A stretch of DNA of 64,000 nucleotides. Origin: Tagaea sp. Its GTDB lineage: Bacteria; Pseudomonadota; Alphaproteobacteria; CACIAM-22H2. Shown here piece by piece: positions 48,657-58,431 of the stretch; within the stretch, counting starts at the first letter, position 1; each line of letters starts with the position of its first letter. Under the pieces are notes generated by a model. The model had not been told where the DNA came from, searched no databases, and saw only the letters and a list, made by a program, of their open reading frames with translations. A program made the translations under genes and the position numbers. Location: positions 1,184,001 to 1,248,000 of the forward strand of contig CBDIIB010000004.1 of NCBI GenBank assembly GCA_965279525.1. Direction: 5' to 3'.

Positions 48657-49433
48657 ATGGTCCCGGGTCAGATCGAAGTCGAGTGGGCGCGCCTGAAATC
48701 TGCGGATCTGCGCGCGCTTGCCGCGCGCGACGCGATCGTGATCGTGCCGGTCGCGTCGACCGAGCAGCACGGCCCGCATCTGCCCACGTCGGTCGACACG
48801 ATGATCGTGGGCGAAGTGGCGCGCCGTGCCGCGCGCCGGATCGCGGCGTCCCATTCTATTGTCGTCGCACCGACCCTCTGGTGCGGCCTTGCCGAGCACC
48901 ATCTGGCTTTTGGCGGCACGTTCTCGTTCAGCTTTCCGACGTATCTTGCGGTTCTGCGCGATCTCGTGTCGTCGCTGAAGCGGCAGGGATTCCGGCGCAT
49001 CGTGCTGTTCAACGGGCATGGCGGCAACATCGCCGGGCTCGACACCGTCGCGACCGAACTGACGCGCGATCTCGGCGTGCCGGTTGCCGTCGGCAGCTAC
49101 TGGCTCGCACTCGGCGGGGAGATGGCGGCGGTCCTCGAGGACCAGACGACCGTCCTGCATGCCTGCGAGGCCGAAACGTCGATGATGCTGGCGATCGCAC
49201 CGGAGCTTGTCGACGCAAGCCGGCTTGCCGAAGCCCGCGGGCCCGCCGATCTCGACGAAAGCGTCTTTGCACGCCAGCCCAAGCGCTGGCATTCCTTCGC
49301 CGACCTCACGCCCAACGGCACGATCGGCAATCCGACGCGCGCCACGGCCGCGAAAGGCGAGAAGCTGCTGGAGATTGCCGCGGCCGAGCTTGCGGCACGG
49401 CTTTCCGACGGCAAGCTCTGGCCGCAGGCCTAG
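48657..49433 (+). CDS. Creatininase/mycofactocin-peptidase family amidohydrolase
   Basis: STEQHGPHLP..VD, EHH..FGGT, NGHGGN, HACEAETS, NG.IG.P..ATA.KG. Confidence 0.88.
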   Translation: MVPGQIEVEWARLKSADLRALAARDAIVIVPVASTEQHGPHLPTSVDTMIVGEVARRAARRIAASHSIVVAPTLWCGLAEHHLAFGGTFSFSFPTYLAVLRDLVSSLKRQGFRRIVLFNGHGGNIAGLDTVATELTRDLGVPVAVGSYWLALGGEMAAVLEDQTTVLHACEAETSMMLAIAPELVDASRLAEARGPADLDESVFARQPKRWHSFADLTPNGTIGNPTRATAAKGEKLLEIAAAELAARLSDGKLWPQA

Positions 49434-50551
49434 CCGGCGACGATCTTCCGGTAGAGTTCGGGGTCCGTATCGCCCTCGCTGCCGAACAGCAGCACGCGCG
49501 CGTTCGCGTCCAGTCCGAGCGCGCGCGCCAGATCGGGTCGGGCCGCGGCACCCAGAAGCCCGGCCATGCCGGCAACGGCGGACTCGCCGGCGACGATCTG
49601 TGGGGCCAGCAGGCGCATGCAGGCGAACGCGGCCTGATCGGTGACGGTCATGAAATCGCCCGCCCCTTCCTCGAGAATGTCCCAGGCAAGCAGCGAGGTT
49701 TCGCCGCAAGCGAGGCCCGCCATCGCCGTGTCGAGCGCCCCGCCGATATTCGCGGCATGCCCGACGCGCGCACTCTCGAACAGGCAGGCGGCCCGGTCCG
49801 GCTCGACGACGACCGTGCGCGGACGGCGATCGCCGAGTGTTTCCCAAAGATGGCCGCAGACGGCCGCCGCGAGGCCGCCGACGCCCGCCTGGATGAAAAC
49901 ATGCGTCGGCGGGGCTCCCATCTGTGCGAGCGCCTCGTCGGCCATGATCGCGTACCCTTGCATCACGTCGCGCGGTATTTCGGTGTAGCCGGGATAGGAC
50001 GTGTCGGAGACGACGATCCAGCCGTTTGCCGCGGCGTCGCGCGCGGCCTGGCGCACCGCATCGTCGTAGGTTCCGGGAACGCGCCGGATTTCCGCGCCAT
50101 AGGCCGCGATCGCGTCGGCACGGCCCTGGCTGACCGTCTCGTGGATATAGATCACGCATTTGCAGCCGAAACGCCTGGCGCCCCACGCGACCGAGCGGCC
50201 GTGATTGCCGTCGGTCGCACAGGTCACGACGATCTCACCGGCCGGCCGGGCCGCCGCCCGCAGCTGGCGCAGGACGGCGTAGGCCCCACCCAGCGCCTTG
50301 AAACTGCCGAGCCCGAAGCGCGTGCTTTCATCCTTGTAGAAGACCTTCGCCACGCCGGCCATGCGGGCGACCGCATCGAGCGATACGAGGCGCGTGGGAG
50401 CATAGCCGGGCCAGCTTGCGATCTCGGCGCGTGCGGTCTCGAAAGCCCCCCGGTCGAGGACTGTACGCTGGCGCGCACCGTATGGTCCGCCATGCGCCTT
50501 CGGGTTCGAGTGATGCGCGACGGGGAATCTGAGCCAGGATTCTTCGTGCAA
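49430..50551 (-). CDS. dpaL: Diaminopropionate ammonia-lyase (PLP)
   Basis: GYAPT.L, KDES.RFGLGSFKALGG, ATDGNHGR, VSDTSY.GY, P..VMQGY, QAGVG, MAGLACGE, SEGDTDP. Confidence 0.88.
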   Translation of the reverse strand: MHEESWLRFPVAHHSNPKAHGGPYGARQRTVLDRGAFETARAEIASWPGYAPTRLVSLDAVARMAGVAKVFYKDESTRFGLGSFKALGGAYAVLRQLRAAARPAGEIVVTCATDGNHGRSVAWGARRFGCKCVIYIHETVSQGRADAIAAYGAEIRRVPGTYDDAVRQAARDAAANGWIVVSDTSYPGYTEIPRDVMQGYAIMADEALAQMGAPPTHVFIQAGVGGLAAAVCGHLWETLGDRRPRTVVVEPDRAACLFESARVGHAANIGGALDTAMAGLACGETSLLAWDILEEGAGDFMTVTDQAAFACMRLLAPQIVAGESAVAGMAGLLGAAARPDLARALGLDANARVLLFGSEGDTDPELYRKIVAG

Positions 50552-50629
50552 GCTGTCGGCCCCCCTGGAAAATGGTCTATTCTGAAGCTAGCGCGGGAAC
50601 GCGCATCATCTGAAGGGGGAAATGCAAGC

Positions 50630-51916
50630 ATGCGTCTCGATGAAATCGCGAACGGTATGGTCGACGAGACGACCAAGGGGATGCCCGGAGGCATGGCGCC
50701 GCTCAAGCTGCGCGACATCGGTTCGCAAGGCTGGAACCTGCTTGCCGAAGACATGCCGCTGCCCGTCTGCGTGCTGAAGGCGGATGCCGTGACGCGCAAC
50801 GAGACGCTGATGCGCGCCTTCCTCGAGCGCACGGGCGCCATTCTCTCCCCCCACGGCAAGACGACGATGAGCCCGCAGCTGTTCGACCGCCAGGGCAAGG
50901 CGGGTGCCTGGGCGATCACGGTAGGGACCGTCCACCAGATCCAGGTCGCGCGCCATTTCGGCAGCGCACGCATCGTGCTCGCCAACCAGCTCGTGGGCAA
51001 GCAGGGCCTGCGCTATGTCACCGACGAACTCGCGCGCGATCCCGGCTTCGAATTCTTCTGTCTTGTCGATTCCGTCGCCGGCGTGGAAGCGCTCGCGGCC
51101 GCCGCAAAGGCGAAGGGCCTGCGCGGACGCATCGGGATCTTCCTCGAAGGCGGCATGCGCGGCGGGCGCACCGGCGTGCGCGATCTCGACACCGCCCGCG
51201 CCGTCGCGCGTGCAGCGAAGGCGGCAGAACCCTGGGTGCTGCTGCGCGGCGTCGAAGGCTTCGAGGGCCTGCTGTCCGGGCCGGAAGCTCCGTTGCGCGT
51301 CGGGCAGTTTCTCGAATTCCTCGGCGACATCGCCAAGCTCGTCGATGCCGAAGATCTCTGCGCGGACGGACCGCTGATCCTGACGGCTGGTGGCTCGGCC
51401 TTCTACGACATGGTCGTCGAGAAGTTCCGCGGGCTCAACCTGAAGCGCCCAAAATCGATCCTGATGCGTTCGGGCTGCTACATCACGCACGATTCCATGA
51501 TGTACGAATCGCACTTCGACGCCATCGCCGAGCGCTCGAAGATGCTTGCCGAACTCGGCAGGCCGGAGCCTGCACTCGAGGTCTGGGCCTATGTCCAGTC
51601 GCGCCCCGAACCGACCCGCGTGCTGGTGACGATGGGAAAGCGCGACGTCTCCTACGATCCGCACCTCCCGATGCCCCGTCTCTGGTACAGGCCGGGCACG
51701 GCACCACGCGTTCCGTCGAAGCTGTCCGGCCATGTGTGCGTCAATCTCAACGACCAGCACGGCTATCTCGACGTGCCGGCGGACTCGCCGTTGCAGGTCG
51801 GCGACATGGTCGGCTTCGGGATCTCGCATCCCTGCCTGACCTTCGACAAGTGGCAGCTGATCGTGCTGGTCGACGCGAAATACGATGTCGTCGACGCGAT
51901 CCGGACGTACTTCTAG
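50630..51916 (+). CDS. Fold-type III PLP amino acid deaminase (D-serine dehydratase-like / DSD1 family)
   Basis: SPHGKTTMSPQLF.RQ..AGAW.IT, LANQLVG, GRTGVR, AGGSA, RSGCY.THD, GKRD, LNDQH, GISHPC.TFDKW. Confidence 0.82.
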   Translation: MRLDEIANGMVDETTKGMPGGMAPLKLRDIGSQGWNLLAEDMPLPVCVLKADAVTRNETLMRAFLERTGAILSPHGKTTMSPQLFDRQGKAGAWAITVGTVHQIQVARHFGSARIVLANQLVGKQGLRYVTDELARDPGFEFFCLVDSVAGVEALAAAAKAKGLRGRIGIFLEGGMRGGRTGVRDLDTARAVARAAKAAEPWVLLRGVEGFEGLLSGPEAPLRVGQFLEFLGDIAKLVDAEDLCADGPLILTAGGSAFYDMVVEKFRGLNLKRPKSILMRSGCYITHDSMMYESHFDAIAERSKMLAELGRPEPALEVWAYVQSRPEPTRVLVTMGKRDVSYDPHLPMPRLWYRPGTAPRVPSKLSGHVCVNLNDQHGYLDVPADSPLQVGDMVGFGISHPCLTFDKWQLIVLVDAKYDVVDAIRTYF

Positions 51917-53172
51917 TCGATCGCAAGGCCGAGATTCTCGGCCGCCCACCCGGCAAGATCGAGAAGCTCCTCGTCGCGGCCGCGTGCGCCGACGAACTGG
52001 ACGCCGACAGGCATGCCGGCAGGACCGGTTGCGGCCGGCAACGTGACGCAAGGCGGCCCCAGCAGCGACAAGAACAGGCTGAAGGTCGCTTCCCCGGTCG
52101 AACCGAGCCCGACCGGAGCTTCGCCCAGTGCTGCCGGCAGGACGAATGCGTCGAAATGCGCGATGTCGGCGTCGAAGATACGGCGCGCGGCATCGGCTTG
52201 GGTCTGGGCGGCTGCATAGCCTGCCTCGTTGGCGCGACCCAGCGCCATGAACTCGCGCAACGCCGCCGACAGCTTGCCGGGTTCGCGCTTCTCGTAGGCA
52301 TCGAACGCGCGGGCAGCCTCGACCGACACGATCCGGCGATGCAGCGCGTTGAGTTCGCCGTACGCGGCCGGCAGCGTCACCGGAACGATGTCCGCCACGC
52401 CGGAAAGCTGTCGGCAGACCTTGTCGCGCGCCTCGCGGGCGCTCGCCTCGGCTTGCGGGTCGTAAGGCGTGGTCAGGCATGCCAGGCGCGGGCGGGCCCG
52501 GCGCGGAGCCGGCGTGCGCGGCGGATCGAGCAGCACCGAACCCATCAGCCGCAGATCGCCGGCCGAACGCGCGAACCAGCCGACCGTGTCGAGCGAGCGG
52601 GCGAGTTCATGCACCCCTTGGGTATTTGTCCGCCCGATCGACGACTTGAAGCCGAACGTGCCGCAGAACGAGGCCGGCCGGATCACCGAGCCGCCCGTCT
52701 GCGTACCGATGGCAAGAGGCGCCATGAAGTCGGCGACGGCAGCGGCCGACCCGCTCGAAGATCCGCCCGGCGTGCGGGCGGGATCGCGCGGATTGCGGGT
52801 CGCCTTGGGCGTGACGTGCGCGAACTCGGTCGTCACCGTTTTGCCGAGGATGACCGCACCTGCCGCCTTCAGGCGGCGCACGCAGTCGGCGTCGGCCGCC
52901 GGAACATGGCCTGCGAACACCGGCGAGCCGTACTCGGTACCGAGACCGGCCGTATCGACGATATCCTTGATCGCGACCGGCACGCCGGCGAGCGCGCCGA
53001 GGATCGGTATCGTCGCGGTCGTCTCCAGACGCGCGAATGCGCCGACCGTCTCGTCACGCGTCGCGATGCGGGCCCGACACGCGGCAAGCAGTTCGGCCGG
53101 CGTCAGGTCCTCCGCGACGATCGCGCGGCGCGCGCGTGTCGCCGTCAGGGCGTGGATCTCACCAGGGCTCAT
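51913..53172 (-). CDS. Amidase (amidase signature family)
   Basis: LAGVPVAIKD, GKTVTTEFA, TPGGSSSGSAAAVA, GTQTGGSVIRPASFCG. Confidence 0.92.
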   Translation of the reverse strand: MSPGEIHALTATRARRAIVAEDLTPAELLAACRARIATRDETVGAFARLETTATIPILGALAGVPVAIKDIVDTAGLGTEYGSPVFAGHVPAADADCVRRLKAAGAVILGKTVTTEFAHVTPKATRNPRDPARTPGGSSSGSAAAVADFMAPLAIGTQTGGSVIRPASFCGTFGFKSSIGRTNTQGVHELARSLDTVGWFARSAGDLRLMGSVLLDPPRTPAPRRARPRLACLTTPYDPQAEASAREARDKVCRQLSGVADIVPVTLPAAYGELNALHRRIVSVEAARAFDAYEKREPGKLSAALREFMALGRANEAGYAAAQTQADAARRIFDADIAHFDAFVLPAALGEAPVGLGSTGEATFSLFLSLLGPPCVTLPAATGPAGMPVGVQFVGARGRDEELLDLAGWAAENLGLAID

Positions 53173-54166
53173 CGACCGCCAGATGCGAGACGCAGTCGCC
53201 ACGTTCGACACGGCCGAAATGGCGCTTGCAGATGACCATGCCCTCCTCGCGGAAATGGCACGGCACCGGGGCACGTCCGGGATTGTCGATGAAATGGACG
53301 TGGCCGCAGAGCTGGCCCTTGGTCACGGTCTCGCCGAGTTCGACGGCCGGCTCGAACAGGCCCGGCTCCGGCGCGTAGACGAACCAGGCCTGGCCCGGCA
53401 CGGTCACGCGACGCGGCGGCTTTGCGCTTGCCCAGTCCTTCGGCTTTTCCATGATCCCGAGATTGACGAGATGCCGGCGCAGGCCGCGCTCGACCATCGC
53501 AAGCGCCTTGCGGTTGACCGAACCCGTTCCGCCGAACTCGCCGCCCAGTGCGGGCACGCCACGATGCAGTGCCGCCGCCGGTGCGTAGCGGATGTCCTGA
53601 CCGAGCTTCCAGACGAGCGCCACATCGGGTGCGAAGGCCTTCAGCGCCTCACTGCACCGCCTGTCGAGTTCTTCGCCCGCACCCGCATGCATCGAGGCGA
53701 ACGGCACGTAATCGAGCGATCCGCCGCCCGAATGCAGGTCGTGGAACAGGTCGGCGCGCGGAAACAATTCGGTGTCGATGTAGTAGGCGATCTGCTGCGT
53801 GACCGTTCCGTCCGGATCGCCGGGGAAGGTGCGGTTGAGGTTGCCGCCGTCGATCGGCGAGACGCGGGCCCCGTCCATTGCCGCGGGGAAGTTCGCCGCC
53901 GGGAGGATAATGACCCGCCCCTGGATTTCGCCCGGTTCGAGCCCCCGGATCAGCTTGGCGAGTGCGATTTGCCCCTCATATTCGTCGCCATGGTTTCCGG
54001 CCATGAAGAAGGCGGTCGGTCCCTTGCCGTTCTTGATGCAGGCGATCGGGATCATGATCCGGCCATAGGCCGATCGTGTCACCGAATGGGGCAGTCCGAG
54101 CCAGTCGACCTGCTTGCCGTCGCGGTCGAAATCGATGTCGGAAACCAGGCGTGTCGGCCGTGCCAT
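53159..54166 (-). CDS. Succinylglutamate desuccinylase/aspartoacylase family (DoeB-like N-acyl deacylase)
   Basis: HSVTRSAYG, AGNHGDEYEG, R.SPIDGGNLNRTFPG, DLHSGG, EFGG. Confidence 0.85.
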   Translation of the reverse strand: MARPTRLVSDIDFDRDGKQVDWLGLPHSVTRSAYGRIMIPIACIKNGKGPTAFFMAGNHGDEYEGQIALAKLIRGLEPGEIQGRVIILPAANFPAAMDGARVSPIDGGNLNRTFPGDPDGTVTQQIAYYIDTELFPRADLFHDLHSGGGSLDYVPFASMHAGAGEELDRRCSEALKAFAPDVALVWKLGQDIRYAPAAALHRGVPALGGEFGGTGSVNRKALAMVERGLRRHLVNLGIMEKPKDWASAKPPRRVTVPGQAWFVYAPEPGLFEPAVELGETVTKGQLCGHVHFIDNPGRAPVPCHFREEGMVICKRHFGRVERGDCVSHLAVDEPW

Positions 54167-54245
54167 CGCGCGCAATCCCTCCCCTTCCGTCCTACGATTG
54201 AATGACGCTATGCTGCCGCCGACATCAAATCTAGGGGGAATAGAG

Positions 54246-55715
54246 ATGCGCCTGTTTGCCGCGACGATCGCGACCGAAACGAACACCTTCTCGCCGCTGC
54301 CGACGAGCATCGAAGCCTACAAGGAGTGCGTCTTCCTGCGGCCGGGCGAGCATCCGGACGAGACCCCGCTGATGTGCACGGCCCCGCTCTGGGTGGCCCG
54401 CCGCCGCGCGAAAAAGGAAGGCTTCACGCTCGTCGAGGGCAGCTGCTTTGCCGCAAGCCCGGCCGGTACCACGAACCGCAAGGACTACGAGTTCATGCGC
54501 GACGAGATCCTGGGTCAGCTGCGCGCCGCGATGCCGATCGACGGCGTTTTGCTCGGGCTGCACGGCGCCATGGTCGCGCACGGCTACGACGACGTCGAAG
54601 GCGACATCATCGAGCGCGTGCGCGAGATCGTCGGGCCGAAATGCGTGATCGGCGTCGAACTCGACCCGCACTGCCACCTGACGCTCAAGCGCGTGAAGCT
54701 TGCCGACATCATCGTGCTCTACAAGGAATTCCCGCACACCGACGTCGTCGAGCGTGCGGAGGATGTGCTCAATCTCGTGCTGCGCACGCTGCGCGGAGAG
54801 ATCAAGCCGGTCATGTCGATGTACGACTGCCGCCAGATCCAGAGCTATCCGACCACGCTGCCGCTGATGCGGGCCTTCGTCGACCGGATGATCGCGATGG
54901 AAGGCAAGGACGGCATCCTGTCGGTCTCGATCGGCCATTGCTTCCCGTACGCCGACGTGCCGGAGCTTACGGGACGCATCCTCGTCGTCATGGACAAGGA
55001 CAAGGCCAAGGGCGACAAGCTCGCCACGTCGATCGGCGAGGAGTTCGTGTCGATGCGCGGCAAGACGATGCCGGAGTATTTCAGCGTCGACGCCGGCATC
55101 AGCGCTGCGATGGAGTTCAATGCCGCCCCGGTCGTGATGGCGGATCCCGCTGACAATGCCGGCGGCGGAGCCCCGACCGACAACACGACGATCCTGCGCC
55201 GCCTGATCGAGCGCGACGCACAGGAGGCGATCATCGGGCCGATATGGGACCCGATCGCCGTCCGCCTCTGCTTCGATGCCGGCCTCGGGGCGGAGTTCGC
55301 ACTCCGCTTCGGCGGCAAAATCGGGCCCACCTCGGGGCAGCCGGTCGATGCCATGGTCAAGGTCGTCGGCCTCAAGCGCGACTGCCACCAGAGCTTCGGC
55401 CCCACGCAGGTACCGCTGGGCGACTGTGCCGCCATCAAGGTCGGCGGCGTCGAGATCGTGCTGATCACCAACCGGACCCAGGCGCTCGGCCTCGAGCTGT
55501 TCGAAAACGTCGGAATCGACCCGCGGACGCGAAAGATGGTGGTCGTCAAGTCGACCAACCACTTCATGGCCGCCTTCGGCCCGATCGCGAAAAAGGTGAT
55601 CTACATCGACTCCGACGGCCCCCTCAGCCGGGACTACCGGAAAATACCCTTCACGCGCATCAACCGGCCGATCTGGCCGCTGGACGAAAACACCTCACCG
55701 GCCCTCATTTTCTGA
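54246..55715 (+). CDS. MlrC-family (M81) metallopeptidase/deacylase
   Basis: TETNTFSP, LHGAMV, D.EGD, LDPHC, YKEFPH.D, ADNAGGG...D, VVKS..HF. Confidence 0.88.
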   Translation: MRLFAATIATETNTFSPLPTSIEAYKECVFLRPGEHPDETPLMCTAPLWVARRRAKKEGFTLVEGSCFAASPAGTTNRKDYEFMRDEILGQLRAAMPIDGVLLGLHGAMVAHGYDDVEGDIIERVREIVGPKCVIGVELDPHCHLTLKRVKLADIIVLYKEFPHTDVVERAEDVLNLVLRTLRGEIKPVMSMYDCRQIQSYPTTLPLMRAFVDRMIAMEGKDGILSVSIGHCFPYADVPELTGRILVVMDKDKAKGDKLATSIGEEFVSMRGKTMPEYFSVDAGISAAMEFNAAPVVMADPADNAGGGAPTDNTTILRRLIERDAQEAIIGPIWDPIAVRLCFDAGLGAEFALRFGGKIGPTSGQPVDAMVKVVGLKRDCHQSFGPTQVPLGDCAAIKVGGVEIVLITNRTQALGLELFENVGIDPRTRKMVVVKSTNHFMAAFGPIAKKVIYIDSDGPLSRDYRKIPFTRINRPIWPLDENTSPALIF

Positions 55716-55739
55716 GGGTCTTGCAGGCCGGCGGGGGGC

Positions 55740-55758
55740 TGTGACAAGCTTTGTCACA
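55740..55758. promoter_or_regulatory. Perfect inverted repeat TGTGACAA-GCT-TTGTCACA upstream of the peptide ABC operon
   Basis: 8-3-8 dyad about 55 bp before the SBP start codon. Confidence 0.55.
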
Positions 55759-55812
55759 CACAAAAACTCACTAATAACAATCGCGCCGAATCAACGGACA
55801 CGGAGGATAAAG

Positions 55813-57420
55813 ATGAGCAAGTTTTCACGTCGTACGGTCCTGAAGGCCACGGCCGCAACGGCGGCTATCGCCGGAGCGCCCTCTCTCGCGCGCGCCCAGG
55901 CGCGACCGCCAGCGGCGCGCACGGTCCGCGCCGTCTTCCACGGCGACGTCCCGACCTACGACCCGATCTGGACGACCGCGAACATGTCCGCCTATCACGG
56001 CGGCATGGTCTACGACACGCTCTTCGGCATCGACGAAAAAGGCGAAGCCAAGCCGCAGATGGTCGGCAAGTACGGCTACGACGCCGGCAACATGACCTGG
56101 ACGTTCGAGCTTCGCGACGGCCTCAAGTGGCACGACGGCACCGACGTGACGTCGGCGGACGTCGTCCCGTCGATCAAGCGCTGGGCGGCACGCGACGGCG
56201 GCGGCCAACACATGATGCAACGCGTCAAGGGCATCGAAGCGAAGGATTCCAAGACCTTCACGATCGCGCTCAAGGAGCGTTACGGCCTCGTGCTCGATGT
56301 GCTTGCGAAGACGACGACGCCGGTCGGCTTCATGATGCGCAAGAAGGAAGCCGAAACCGATCCGATGCAGAAGATCGAGACGGTCGTCGGTTCGGGTCCG
56401 TTCACGCTGAACCTCGCCGAGACGCGCCCCGGCACGCAGTACGTCTACGACCGCAATCCGAACTACGTGCCGCGCGCCGAAGCGCCCAACGGCATCTCCG
56501 GCGGCAAGGTCGTCAAGCTCGATCGCGTCGTGTTCGTCAACATGCCCGACGGCCAGACGGCAGTCGCCGCACTCCAGGCCGGCGAGATCGACTTCTACGA
56601 GATCCCGCAGCCTGATTTCATGCCGCAGCTGGAGAGCGACAGGAACATCAAGATCCAGATCTTGAATGGCCTGGGTCAGGTCGGGCTCATCCGGCCGAAC
56701 TTCCTGCATCCGCCCTTCAACAACGTGAAGGCACGCCAGGCGCTCCTGCACTGCGTCAAGCAGTCGGACCACATGAAGGCGACGTTCGGCGATTCGAAGT
56801 ACGCCAAGGAAACCCCATCGTTCTTCGCGATGGGTACTTCCATGGAGAACGACGCCAACACGGGTTGGTACAAGGGTGGCCAGAACTTCGCCCGGTCGAA
56901 GGCACTGCTTGCCGAGGCCGGCTACAAGGGCGAGGAAGTCCTGCTGATGCAGGCGACCAACATCCCTTACATGAGCAACTCGGCACAGCTGCTGGCGCAG
57001 GAACTGCGTCAGGGCGGCTTCAACGTCCGCGTCGAGGCGATGGACTGGTCGAACGTAGTCCAGCGCCGCTCGGTGAAGAACCCGCCCGCCCAAGGCGGCT
57101 GGAACATCTTCATCACGTCGGCCGGCGGCTCCGCCGTGGGCCATCCCATCCTGTTGTCGGCGCATGCCGCAACGGGCGGTGCGGCCTGGTTCGGCTGGCC
57201 GGAAGATGCCAAGCACGAGGCCTTGCGCGCCCAATGGGCCGTCGGCGAGACGCTGGCGGACCGCCAGCGCATCGCCCGCGAGATCCAGGACAACGCCTGG
57301 AACTTCGTGCCGCAGGTCTATTACGGCCAATGGGTGCAGCCGGCCGCGATGCGCTCCAACATCCGCGGCGTCTTGCCTGTCGCGGAAATCATCCCGTGGT
57401 GGAACGTCGAAAAGGGCTGA
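55813..57420 (+). CDS. Tat-exported ABC substrate-binding protein, family 5
   Basis: SRRTVLK Tat signal; DPIWTT, VYDTLFG, LRDGLKWHDG, GSGPF, PPFNN..ARQA, WFGWP; GGAGG RBS. Confidence 0.9.
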   Translation: MSKFSRRTVLKATAATAAIAGAPSLARAQARPPAARTVRAVFHGDVPTYDPIWTTANMSAYHGGMVYDTLFGIDEKGEAKPQMVGKYGYDAGNMTWTFELRDGLKWHDGTDVTSADVVPSIKRWAARDGGGQHMMQRVKGIEAKDSKTFTIALKERYGLVLDVLAKTTTPVGFMMRKKEAETDPMQKIETVVGSGPFTLNLAETRPGTQYVYDRNPNYVPRAEAPNGISGGKVVKLDRVVFVNMPDGQTAVAALQAGEIDFYEIPQPDFMPQLESDRNIKIQILNGLGQVGLIRPNFLHPPFNNVKARQALLHCVKQSDHMKATFGDSKYAKETPSFFAMGTSMENDANTGWYKGGQNFARSKALLAEAGYKGEEVLLMQATNIPYMSNSAQLLAQELRQGGFNVRVEAMDWSNVVQRRSVKNPPAQGGWNIFITSAGGSAVGHPILLSAHAATGGAAWFGWPEDAKHEALRAQWAVGETLADRQRIAREIQDNAWNFVPQVYYGQWVQPAAMRSNIRGVLPVAEIIPWWNVEKG

Positions 57421-57443
57421 TCGGCATCCTTTTCGCATGATCC

Positions 57444-57473
57444 GTCGGTGCGCCCGTTCGAGGGCGCACCGAC
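57444..57473 (+). terminator. 12-bp GC-rich stem-loop after the SBP gene (mRNA-stabilising or attenuating hairpin)
   Basis: GTCGGTGCGCCC-GTTCGA-GGGCGCACCGAC; no strong U-tract. Confidence 0.6.
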
Positions 57474-57488
57474 TTCACGGGTTCATCG

Positions 57489-58430
57489 ATGCTCGCATAT
57501 ATCGTTCGACGGCTTTTCCTCACGCTACCGGTCATGGCACTGGTGGCGGTATTCGTGTTCCTGCTGCTGCATCTCTCGCCCGGCGACCCGGCGGCGATCA
57601 TGGCCGGCGAGAACGCCACCTCCGAAAATATCGCGCAGATCCGCACAAAGCTCGGCCTCGACGAACCGCTGTGGAAGCAGTTCGCATTGTGGGTCGGCGC
57701 GCTCGCGACAGGCGATCTCGGCCAGTCCCTGTTCTGGGGCGATCCGGTGACGGTCCTGATCGCACAGCGGGCCGAGCCGACCGTCTCGCTCGCTATCACA
57801 ACCATCTCCTTCGCCGTCATTGTCGCGATCTCCCTTGGCGTGATCGCGGCTGCGAACCCGGGAACGTGGATCGACCGCGGCGTCATGGGCTTCGCGGTGA
57901 TGGGCTTCTCCCTGCCGGTCTTCGTCGTCGGCTACATGTTGATTTTTCTGTTCGCCATCGAGCTCAAGTGGCTTCCGGTGCAGGGCTATACGCGCATCGC
58001 CGAAGGCTTTACGCCGTGGATCCGCAATCTCGTATTGCCGTCGCTGGCGCTGGGCATGGCGTATGTGGCGTTGATCGCACGCATCACGCGCACGACGATG
58101 CTCGAAGTGCTCGCCGAAGACTATATCCGCACGGGCAAGGCCAAGGGCGTGGCCAACCGCCCACTGCTGCTTCGCCACGCGCTGAAGAACGCGGCCGTAC
58201 CGATCGTGACGGTCGTGGGCATCGGCGTGGCGCTGCTGATCGGCGGCGTGGTCATCACCGAGACGGTTTTCAACATTCCTGGGGTCGGGCGCCTCGTCGT
58301 CGACGCGATCTCGCGGCGAGATTACCCGATCGTGCAGGGGGTCATCATGATGTTCGCCGGCATCTACGTGCTGGTGAACCTGCTGGTCGACCTCTCCTAT
58401 ACTTTCTTCGATCCGCGCATCCGGTACTGA
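57489..58430 (+). CDS. Peptide ABC transporter permease (DppB-like)
   Basis: YIVRRL, PGDPA, LGLDEP, GDLG.S, DYIRT.KAKG, HALKNA, RDYP.VQG. Confidence 0.93.
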   Translation: MLAYIVRRLFLTLPVMALVAVFVFLLLHLSPGDPAAIMAGENATSENIAQIRTKLGLDEPLWKQFALWVGALATGDLGQSLFWGDPVTVLIAQRAEPTVSLAITTISFAVIVAISLGVIAAANPGTWIDRGVMGFAVMGFSLPVFVVGYMLIFLFAIELKWLPVQGYTRIAEGFTPWIRNLVLPSLALGMAYVALIARITRTTMLEVLAEDYIRTGKAKGVANRPLLLRHALKNAAVPIVTVVGIGVALLIGGVVITETVFNIPGVGRLVVDAISRRDYPIVQGVIMMFAGIYVLVNLLVDLSYTFFDPRIRY

Positions 58431-58431
58431 C

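Noticed and set aside
48683-51916. 1077-aa ORF as a multidomain protein
   Set aside because: Only the part from ATG 50630 has family motifs; the rest overlaps the creatininase-like gene and the antisense strand of dpaL
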